Source: a virus
Taxonomy: Duplodnaviria > Caudoviricetes
Reading direction: 5' to 3' (one strand)
Length of the DNA: 64,000 nucleotides
IMG/VR virus record: IMGVR_UViG_3300050336_000170
Span: 1-64,000 of that record
Numbering within the stretch: the stretch's first letter is position 1; the number at the start of each line of letters is the position of its first letter. The notes beneath the pieces are model-generated. The model made no database searches. It saw only the letters and a list, made by a program, of their open reading frames with translations, and was not told the DNA's origin. This document shows positions 43,698-51,821 of this stretch, one piece after another. Made by a program: the position numbers and the translations under genes.

Positions 43698-44654
43698 TTA
43701 ATACCCAAAAGCTTTCTTCCACATGTTATATGCTAATTCAATGTCTTTTGCCTTTTGAGTAGCAACATATTCTTTTTTCAGTGCATACTCTTTATTTTCA
43801 ATATCCATTTCTACATATTCACTAAACGATATTGATATATTCTCTTTTTCGAGTTGATACCACCTATAAAACAGTCCAGATTCATATACTCTAATTGGAC
43901 TCAGTTTTATATATTGTCCTGTTTCTTCTTTATACTTTTTGTTAAACGTAGTAATCTTTGCTCCAAATTGTTTTGCTCTTAATACATTTGTCTCTTTTAA
44001 TAATCTTAATAAATATGGTGAATCGCACAGATCAAAAAATAGCTTTTCTTTTTTAGTTCTCTTCATTAATTGATTTGATGGCACTGTTATCTGTAATAAA
44101 TACTTAAAGATTGGACTAGGGGTTATAGTTTTGTTGCTTGTTTTAATAATATTATCTTCTAAATTTACTTCATCACGCCTTAAAATAACAGCCTCTTCAT
44201 TTGTAAATCCCTCATATAGTAACCAAAAATAAATCCTGTACATATTCATAAAATGTAATTCCTCAACTGGAGGATATACAACATCTAATACGTCTGCTAG
44301 ATGTTCAGGACTTTTCAACATTTCTCGTTCAAATACATATGAGTTATCTATCTCTGATGCAGATATTAATGCTAAATGATTTTCTAGTATATTCGTTTTA
44401 CCGTTAATAATACACCAATCTACGTATTGTTTTAGTCTGCTTATATTCCATGCAATACTTTTTATATCACGGCTACCAAGTGAAGCTATACTAATTTTAA
44501 GTTCATCATAATTCATCTCTGAAATGTCTTTATCAAAATCACTTTCAGCTTTATTATATAGTTTTTTAAATAATATTTTGTAACTCTCTTTGCCTTTTTC
44601 ATCCTCATTTAAACTATTAATAAACTGAAGTTTTTGATTTTCATTATACATCAT
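43698..44654 (-). CDS. Integrase-fold DNA-binding protein, catalytic residues degenerate (SPbeta YopR/MrpR/SroF-like repressor)
   Basis: Core-binding domain (LKQYVDWC); box I reads LYEGFTNEE with no catalytic Arg and box II reads LSPIRVYESG with no HxxR; directly downstream of a DGxHR gene, as in SPbeta yopQ-yopR. Confidence 0.7.
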   Translation of the reverse strand: MMYNENQKLQFINSLNEDEKGKESYKILFKKLYNKAESDFDKDISEMNYDELKISIASLGSRDIKSIAWNISRLKQYVDWCIINGKTNILENHLALISASEIDNSYVFEREMLKSPEHLADVLDVVYPPVEELHFMNMYRIYFWLLYEGFTNEEAVILRRDEVNLEDNIIKTSNKTITPSPIFKYLLQITVPSNQLMKRTKKEKLFFDLCDSPYLLRLLKETNVLRAKQFGAKITTFNKKYKEETGQYIKLSPIRVYESGLFYRWYQLEKENISISFSEYVEMDIENKEYALKKEYVATQKAKDIELAYNMWKKAFGY

Positions 44655-45982
44655 AATTGCTCACCCCACTTTGAGATGAAGTATTTTTCAATTTTTACCT
44701 CATCTGTTGCCTTTCTCTCTATAGGTGATACCGTCTTTCTCCAATTAATAGATTTTAATAATGATTCAAGTTTATTGCGCCAGTTTAGATCATTCTCTAG
44801 TTGCTTTGATAAATAGGTGTATCCAACCCATGTCACAGCTTCAGTTGACCATTTAGTTTTTCTAGCTAGCTCATAGTCTTTAAAATCATCTATCATCACT
44901 TCGGATAGATAGTTATAAAATTCAACTAACCAATCCTTGACTTTTTGTGCCTGTGAATTTAATGAAAAACTATTAACATTATAATATTTCTGTATTGCGT
45001 TAGCTAAAGTAATTTGAACAATAAACCCTCTCTCTATCCCTGTTGTTGTTATATTTCGCTTATATACATCTTCTGCATTAGGATCAATTTTAATCCACTC
45101 AACTATTCTATTTGCATAATTACGTTCCATTGTTTCTTTGTGTCTAGTATTTGGCGGTGTAGCTTTCCATTCCTGAGATATCATATCTTTAACTGTATCA
45201 ATATCATAGAAAGTAAAAGCTATCTCAAAATATCTATTAGCAAACAAATCTCTAAGTTCTGGATAGTTTGAATATGCATATTCTGCACCTAAAGACCTAT
45301 GATTACCGTCTGGTATAATTATATCTCCATCTTTTGGCAAATAAATGCATTTGTTTTCTTCATCATAGGTATAACTTGATAACCCATCATTGATTAAATT
45401 AAGTCTTATCATGTTGTAATGATATCTATCGTTTGCAATTTTTTCTTCAATTTCTCTTACTTTTTTCTTATTAATCTCTATTTGTTTTAATATTTCTGTG
45501 CCTTCGGAATTTTTAATTGATTTGCTTTCCCTTTGTAACTCTGGTGTTACTCTAATAATACCTTTTCTTTTTGACTCTGCCAACTGTTGAACAGACATAA
45601 TACATGAATATTGATTACTTGATAACTGCACAACGTTGTGTAGCACATAAAGATCGTCTATCTTAATATCATCTCGACTAAAGAACTTGGAATTTTTTAT
45701 TTCTACTGGAGTAAAATAATCAGATACTTTACAAACATAAACTTTTTGTTCTACTTGATTACCAATTAATTCCATTGCATAGGCAAACCAATATAACTCA
45801 AAATCTTTAAGACTATCAAGTTCAACAGATTTCATAACTAATTTCTTATAATCAGCTATTGTAAATCTTCCTTCTTGAGTCATAAAATCTTGAACTTTAC
45901 TTTTAAATTCTTCATTAGAAGAGTTAAATAGCTTTTTCTTTATTAGACTAATTAACTCTTCTCGGCTGTTTTCATTCTTCAT
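44651..45982 (-). CDS. DndB/ParB-like DGxHR-domain protein (YopQ/SroE-like)
   Basis: ELQRE..., IIIPDGNHRS motif; ATG at 45982 behind AAGGATG; stop overlaps the next start. Confidence 0.7.
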   Translation of the reverse strand: MKNENSREELISLIKKKLFNSSNEEFKSKVQDFMTQEGRFTIADYKKLVMKSVELDSLKDFELYWFAYAMELIGNQVEQKVYVCKVSDYFTPVEIKNSKFFSRDDIKIDDLYVLHNVVQLSSNQYSCIMSVQQLAESKRKGIIRVTPELQRESKSIKNSEGTEILKQIEINKKKVREIEEKIANDRYHYNMIRLNLINDGLSSYTYDEENKCIYLPKDGDIIIPDGNHRSLGAEYAYSNYPELRDLFANRYFEIAFTFYDIDTVKDMISQEWKATPPNTRHKETMERNYANRIVEWIKIDPNAEDVYKRNITTTGIERGFIVQITLANAIQKYYNVNSFSLNSQAQKVKDWLVEFYNYLSEVMIDDFKDYELARKTKWSTEAVTWVGYTYLSKQLENDLNWRNKLESLLKSINWRKTVSPIERKATDEVKIEKYFISKWGEQL

Positions 45983-46001
45983 AAATACACATCCTTTTGT
46001 A

Positions 46002-46451
46002 CTAAGCTGTGGCAAGTACTCGCTCTTCGACATTAATATACTTCTTACGCAATCTTTCTACCATCGCAATTATAGATTCATTATCCATATGAATCAAAAG
46101 TGGCGTTTCCTCTGTACATGCTTCTGCGATCTTTACTATATATTCTCTTGGAAGAGTTGTGATATACTCACCTATATCGTCTTTAGACCTGAGTTGTTCT
46201 TGCTCACATAAAGCAATGCTATCCTTAGCCAATCCACATTTTTTAGCATCTAAGAAAACGTGTGTTGGCATATAAGCTTTGTTATGTTCAGCCCCTGTAA
46301 GCGGAACTGCATGGATAATAGGACTATAACGATTTCCTATATCATTTTGTGTTATGATAGCAGGCCGCCATCCAGCTTGAGAGTGCTTGTTATGTTTATC
46401 TCTTTCAAAATAAACCATATATACACTATTCATCTTGGGAATAAAGTTCAA
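46002..46451 (-). CDS. mazF: PemK/MazF-family endoribonuclease
   Basis: HSQAGWRPAIITQNDIGNRYSPIIHAVPLT...PTHV...GLAKDSIALCEQ closely resembles Firmicutes MazF (QGGxRPxxxxQNDIGNxxSP). Confidence 0.88.
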   Translation of the reverse strand: MNFIPKMNSVYMVYFERDKHNKHSQAGWRPAIITQNDIGNRYSPIIHAVPLTGAEHNKAYMPTHVFLDAKKCGLAKDSIALCEQEQLRSKDDIGEYITTLPREYIVKIAEACTEETPLLIHMDNESIIAMVERLRKKYINVEERVLATA

Positions 46452-46501
46452 TAAATCACTTCCCTTCCTTCCTTAATTATAGAATTCATAAGTACAATAA
46501 C

Positions 46502-46530
46502 ATACTACCACAATGATTATTTGTTGTCAA
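46502..46530 (-). promoter_or_regulatory. Sigma-A promoter for mazF, DGxHR and integrase-fold operon
   Basis: TTGACA-17-TAGTAT with extended TG, about 50 nt before the mazF start. Confidence 0.7.
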
Positions 46531-46575
46531 CAGTTATTTTAAATAATTATTAAATAATATTTGACAGTTTATCAC

Positions 46576-46893
46576 TTATTCGCCCAAAGTAAGGGCGAAT
46601 AAGTGTGTGATTACGTACATTGCTTTTCTTTCTTTGTCTTCAATTATTATATCATAAGTAAAATCAGGTTTTTCATCGAAATAAAGAATTAAGTAACAAT
46701 TCCCATACTCACCTACATTATAACATTCTCTAAAACATTTAATTGTACCATTTTCTGCTTCACTTGATAACTTTTGCAAATCTTCTATCTTTATATTGTG
46801 TTTTACGCTAATTATATCTTTATTGCTATATTCAAAATCTAACTCCCATTTAGCAGGAATCTTAATTTTCTTTTCGTCACTTACTAATATCAT
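46576..46893 (-). CDS. Hypothetical protein
   Basis: ORF with SD AAGGAG. Confidence 0.65.
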   Translation of the reverse strand: MILVSDEKKIKIPAKWELDFEYSNKDIISVKHNIKIEDLQKLSSEAENGTIKCFRECYNVGEYGNCYLILYFDEKPDFTYDIIIEDKERKAMYVITHLFALTLGE

Positions 46894-46969
46894 ATAATCT
46901 CCTTCATATTATAAATTTAATGAAAATATATAATATCACGACCTTCCAATATGATATTGACTTGTCATT

Positions 46970-47512
46970 TTATACTGATCCTATTGTTGCTGCAATCACA
47001 ACAGATGTCAAAATATTTCTTAGCCAATTGTCTTTAAGTACTATGAATATATCTTGATCATAAGTACCAGACAGCCTATCCCTATCCCCTATAACAGCGC
47101 ATGGGTGAGTATTTATATGTCTGATAAAAGCATTATACAATATTTCAATTGATTTTTCTTTATTAATTCTACATGTTTCTGCAAAATTTGTTGCCTTATC
47201 AAAAAACCAATCAAGAAATTTATTTGAAGTATAGGCTCTTACTACATAAGATTTATTAATATCTTTTTTTATTTCTTCAACACGAAAAACAGAATTATAT
47301 ATACTATTATCCTCTTCTAATCCTTGGCATACTTCTTCCGATATTGTAATGTATGTAGGATTAAGACGCTTGTTAATATATTTTGCTTTGCATCTTCTTT
47401 GGACATTTTTCAACCATATACTATAAACATTTTTGCCTGTGATAGTATATATCCTATTGAGTCTTGACATTACATTTGCCAATCTCATTTCCATTGTGTA
47501 ATTAATTTGCAT
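46970..47512 (-). CDS. Hypothetical basic protein downstream of antisense-RNA module
   Basis: SD GAAAGGAAG followed by ATG (MQINY). Confidence 0.65.
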   Translation of the reverse strand: MQINYTMEMRLANVMSRLNRIYTITGKNVYSIWLKNVQRRCKAKYINKRLNPTYITISEEVCQGLEEDNSIYNSVFRVEEIKKDINKSYVVRAYTSNKFLDWFFDKATNFAETCRINKEKSIEILYNAFIRHINTHPCAVIGDRDRLSGTYDQDIFIVLKDNWLRNILTSVVIAATIGSV

Positions 47513-47555
47513 TAATATGATACTTCCTTTCAAAAACTTTAGTATAAATTTTTAC

Positions 47556-47688
47556 TTGAAAAGAAGTCTTAGATATATTATAATCAAAAACTGATATTGA
47601 TATCTGAGGCTTCAAATCAGATTAAATGTCCCTAGTAAGACAGACTGTAACTTTGGACGGTGGCAGTCTGTTTTACTTTCTTACTTTT
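47556..47688 (+). ncRNA. Antisense small RNA A (promoter plus two hairpins)
   Basis: TTGAAA-17-TATAAT (47556-47584); hairpin 47591-47620; terminator AGTAAGACAGACTG-loop with CTTTGGACGG-CAGTCTGTTTTACT followed by Ts. Confidence 0.65.
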
Positions 47689-47706
47689 GTTGAAAAAGAC
47701 TATCAA
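47632..47706 (-). CDS. Putative 24-aa leader peptide MIVFFNKSKKVKQTATVQSYSLSY
   Basis: SD AGGAGAGG then TTG; runs across the complement of the RNA A terminator. Confidence 0.4.
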   Translation of the reverse strand: MIVFFNKSKKVKQTATVQSYSLSY

Positions 47707-47724
47707 AAAACCCTCTCCTATATG

Positions 47725-47832
47725 TTTACAAATTTTTACTAATGATGTATAATAATAGCAATTCAGGTGTTGGCTAGACACTTGGAGGCTGGCATGGGCT
47801 ATCTATATTTTTATAGGTAGCTCATGTTTTTT
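47725..47832 (+). ncRNA. Antisense small RNA B
   Basis: TTTACA-17-TATAAT (47725-47753); hairpin CAGGTGT..GACACTTG; terminator GCATGGGCTATCTATA-TTTT-TATAGGTAGCTCATGT followed by a T run. Confidence 0.65.
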
Positions 47833-48049
47833 AAATTGAAAATTCCTTGATAAACTCCTCCCTTGTCATCGTATTTGTTTTTCGGATCACCAATGCGTAA
47901 TATTCCTTTTGCTTTATTCCTGTGTCAATACACCACTTCTTAAAATTCTTATAGTCCTCATCGGGGATTCTGACCGTAAATCCTGTCTCAATAGATGTTT
48001 CGGTATTTCTCTCTATATTACCTTTTTTATCAATATTTGACACCCCCAT
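47831..48049 (-). CDS. Ribbon-helix-helix (CopG/Arc-like) regulator, probably leaderless
   Basis: FTVRIPDEDYKNFKKWC...GIKQKEYY RHH pattern; ATG lies about 6 nt after the -10 of TTGACA-16-GATAAT (48056-48083) with no SD. Confidence 0.6.
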   Translation of the reverse strand: MGVSNIDKKGNIERNTETSIETGFTVRIPDEDYKNFKKWCIDTGIKQKEYYALVIRKTNTMTREEFIKEFSI

Positions 48050-48059
48050 AAAAATATTA

Positions 48060-48421
48060 TCACCAAATCACCATTTTTGTCAATTTTATCTAAACATAAT
48101 AATAGCAAAAATTATTATGTGATTTTTGTAATATATTATGCTTTTGGTATTTATCTCTTATGGGGAAGGAACAGCCAGATCAGACCTCCAATCACTGATA
48201 ATAGTATTGTCCACAGTGGAGAAATAACAGCCATAACAGGGATTACGATAAATAGTAGAGGACTTACACCACTTGTCTTTTCTGTATTCTGCTTCATGTA
48301 TACACCTATCCTTCACTAATACGAATGATAATTGGATATCCTTGCATAATTAATAGATTATTTTTAGAATTTTGTAGATTTTTTGTATTATATAAATAAA
48401 CTACGAGTCACCAAATCACCA
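48060..48421. repeat. Two copies of TCACCAAATCACCA (candidate RHH operator)
   Basis: 48060-48073 (inside the RHH promoter) and 48408-48421. Confidence 0.7.
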
Positions 48422-48942
48422 AGTAAGTATCATTTTGGTCTCATTTTTATCATTTGTCCAGATAATTGTCGTAGAGTGCAAAAAATGTAGCGTAGTTTAC
48501 ATGTTTGACGCTCTAGCTGTAACCTACATATATAGTATATCAAATTGCTTAATTAGTAAAATCTGATATTCGTTCAAATTTGATGTTTTTATTTTTTGAA
48601 TTTGAAATTTTGTACTAGTTAATACCATTCCGTTCTATTCTATACTATAATTCGCATGTTAAGTTTTAGCTTATCTTTGTTTTTCTTATATTTGCTCTTG
48701 ATTGCTTTGTTTTTCTTGAATTTATAAGTGAAATAACAAGTTTATTATACCATCATATCAATATCTGAAAAGTCTCGATAACGCTCATAATATCTATTTT
48801 TCACTGGTACTAGTTTTTATGTTAATCAACATACATTAATGAAAATTTATATACGTTTAAATTATTCTAATATACATTGAAATTAAATTGTAATACAGTT
48901 GATTTTTGTAAGATTATTTTTAAAACACGATCTCTTATTTTC

Positions 48943-49377
48943 TTAGATTTCTTTAATTTTAATTATGATTGATGCTATAATACCCGCAATAAGAGAAGGA
49001 ATTACTGAGAATACAAGGAAAATAAACAGAGAACCAAGAATAAGCCATATTGTCAATTGTTCTTGAAAGAATATCATTCCAATAATTATTGTTACTATAC
49101 TACCTATTACCGTCACTGAAAACATAGAAATAAAAATATTGAATGGTGCTTTGATTTCTTTTATTACAGAATAAATTAAGCTTGAAATAGTTAAAACTCC
49201 TATAGTAATAAATGATATTATATATTGGCTTCTTACTGTATCGGTATTAGCATTTTGGAAATCTTTTATAGCTATTGGATATATAAGAATTGACAAACCT
49301 GCGGCAATAAATGGTATAAGTGAAGTGAGACAATCAGCGTCTTCATCGAATCCGATAATCGCAAGAATGAACCTCAT
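48943..49377 (-). CDS. Integral membrane protein (about 4 TM)
   Basis: Hydrophobic segments; ATG MRFILAII behind AGGAGG. Confidence 0.7.
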   Translation of the reverse strand: MRFILAIIGFDEDADCLTSLIPFIAAGLSILIYPIAIKDFQNANTDTVRSQYIISFITIGVLTISSLIYSVIKEIKAPFNIFISMFSVTVIGSIVTIIIGMIFFQEQLTIWLILGSLFIFLVFSVIPSLIAGIIASIIIKIKEI

Positions 49378-49411
49378 ATAATATCCTCCTTTAAATTTTT
49401 CGGAACCAAAT

Positions 49412-49670
49412 CTAGGTTTCATTAAGTATTTTTTCTATGTCTGATTTACTATACATAACATGCTTGTATATTACATAGTCACCATCTAACTGACATAACA
49501 CATCTGATAATACTTCTGTAGCTTCAAATAAATCAATCCATCCCTGATCCTCTTGGCAGACTAAACTTCCATCCCTACTATCAATCCAAACATGACTACC
49601 AGTTTTAAGAGTATGATTCCCATTTACTACTTTATAAACTTTGTCTGGAATTAAATCAAAAATATAACAT
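49412..49670 (-). pseudogene. Frameshifted small gene (ATG TTA TAT TTT TGA; +1 frame open for about 80 codons)
   Basis: Strong SD AAGGAG and ATG, stop after 4 codons; +1 frame DLIPDKVYKVV...KILNET ends within the junction palindrome at 49405. Confidence 0.5.
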
Positions 49671-50252
49671 TTTAATTCTCCTTATAAAATTATAGGTTTA
49701 TTGCCATTCTAATTTCTGACCACAATACGGGCATCGTTCTAAAGAGTATGCCCTACTTATATATCCATCATCATTCTCTTCATATTCATAAAATAGAGCC
49801 TTACATCTTGGACATTTAGAATTAGTCCACGCTTCTTGAATAACTGTCTGAGGTTTATTTATATCTATTAACGCCTGTTCATAACCCATATCATAATCTT
49901 TTTTACTCATCGTTCACCTCACAAAAACCTGATTTCATTGTTTTTCAGTAAAATCACTTTGAACATCGCCCAAATGATTAATCATGTTATCAAGTTCAAC
50001 ATAAATTTCACCACTTATTGAATTTATTATTTCTTCTGCTGTTTCACCTTCAAAATAGATACATATTGTCTGATTACCATATGGCAAGAGTGTGTCAATA
50101 TATCGTTTGTTCCAATGAATTTTCTTAATATAAACTTCACCATTATCTAAATAAGGTGCAAAATGGCTTAATACTTCTTCATTTATTTCTCTTTTCATGC
50201 TTTCCTTTCCTGACCAAATCCCGAATTTATCGGGTTACAAAATTGTAACCTT

Positions 50253-51458
50253 TTATGCTACTCGCGTAGACAACGGATGTAAACCTACACCCTCTACCCC
50301 TTCCGCAAAAGCGTTAGGGAATACCTTCATCATTATTTGATAACTACCATTTACGTCAGCGTTAATAATGTGGTCTATTGATTTGAACAAGCCTCTTGTT
50401 ATTCTTCTTGACTTGTCATAGTTTTCTTTACACGGCACTTCACCACTTAAAAAATCTGTACCACTTGTGTACGATTCTTCAGTTGTTATAAACCTAATTC
50501 CGACATTCTGACATTTATACTCTAGCTGCTTTATAAACATTTCATACGGAATAGAAACAAACTTCTGATTAGTTTTCTTACTCATTGCAGATTCTTGTTT
50601 CCATCCCGAATTATAACCGCATACTAAAGTATCTATATCGCTTTCTAAACACAACCTTACTATAAATTTACTTGCTTTATGCATCCAATCTTTAATCTTA
50701 TTATTACGTTTTGTGGTTAACTGCTGTAGTTTGTTACTCCAATGTTTACTGTTCTTTAACATGAGTTCTGACTGTATCTTTGCTTTCTGCTTATTGTAAT
50801 ACTGATTATAAGACTTGATTACGTTACCCTTAATAGCAATAGGCTGTATACCTATGTTATTTGTAATAGTTGCAAAGTTATCAATGCCCAAATCAATACT
50901 TGCTATATTATGAGATTCTGTCGGCTGCTCCGGTATATCGATTTCATAAACGATCTCCATGATATAGTTACTTCCATTCGGTATAAAACGACACTGCATG
51001 AGTTTACCTTGTACTTTTGTTGGAACACTATATCCTTTAAATGGTTTAAAACTTATACGGAATACTTTATCATTGATTGAACATTGAATATTTTTTAGAA
51101 TAAATACCTGTCTACCATCCTTTGCTTTGTATTTAGGCAGTTTTGGTTTGCCTAAGTAACTATCTTTGTGTTTTGACCAATCTTTGATTGCTTTAAAATA
51201 TGAGTTCCATGCTCTATCTAGAAATTTCAAAATATTTTGTGATGCCTGTGACCCTAATTCTTTATAACAATCGGCATTTTGGCACATGTGATCAAGTTTA
51301 TTGTATCTAATCCATTTTTTATTATTAATAAATTCTTGCCTGATCAAATAGTTAGCATAATTATATACGTTCTTTGATCTAAAACAGTATTCATCAACAA
51401 TTTTCCATATTGGATTAGATTCTTTTATTAAATGTCTCTCTGTTCTATTTACTTTCAT
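50253..51458 (-). mobile_element. tnpB: IS200/IS605-family TnpB without tnpA (IS1341-like)
   Basis: SKNVYNYANY, KLPKYK, RuvC-I SIDLGIDN, GYNSGWKQ, EESYTS, RuvC-III INADVNGS, tail AEGVEGVGLHP; hairpin GGTTACA-AAAT-TGTAACC at 50232-50250 just downstream. Confidence 0.92.
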
Positions 51459-51465
51459 GAATTAC

Positions 51466-51578
51466 TTGCAATAAATAAGTCTATACTATAAAATACAAGT
51501 GATAAGACCTACCCAAAAGAAGTCTTGTCTTGTAAAACAGTTGCAATCTTTGGACGGAGGGCGACTGTTTTACTTTTT
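51466..51578 (+). ncRNA. Antisense small RNA C upstream of tnpB
   Basis: TTGCAA-17-TAAAAT (51466-51494); hairpin GATAAGAC..GTCTTGTC; terminator GTAAAACAGTTGC-loop with CTTTGGACGG-GCGACTGTTTTAC followed by T5. Confidence 0.65.
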
Positions 51579-51707
51579 CTGTTCTTCCTTCTGAAGATAC
51601 TCGCTACAAGCAAGTTTAATCAAGGCAGCGGGGGTTATCCCTTTTATCTTAGCCATATCAATAAGACGCTTGTAGAGATCATCAGGAATATCAAGACTCC
51701 TTTTCAT
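51570..51707 (-). CDS. 45-aa CopG-like ribbon-helix-helix protein (not in ORF track)
   Basis: MKRSLDIPDDLYKRLIDMAKIKGITPAALIKLACSEYLQKEEQKK; SD AAGGAGG; promoter TTAACA-17-TATATT with GTTACA/TGTAAC boxes. Confidence 0.8.
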   Translation of the reverse strand: MKRSLDIPDDLYKRLIDMAKIKGITPAALIKLACSEYLQKEEQKK

Positions 51708-51821
51708 GCACCCTCCTTTCTGTAACCTAATATATACCTTTTTTGTTACATTGTTAATAGTTTCCTTAAATTATTGTCCAGATATTTGACGATCAAATTC
51801 CGTTTTTATTGCCTATTTACT

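Noticed and set aside
43698-44654. Active prophage integrase or cassette recombinase
   Set aside because: Catalytic Arg and HxxR are not recognisable; better explained as a repressor.
32402-46033. Dnd phosphorothioation system (DndC-like plus DndB-like)
   Set aside because: The genes are 11 kb apart with no dndA/D/E; the DGxHR gene fits the SPbeta-like lysogeny operon.
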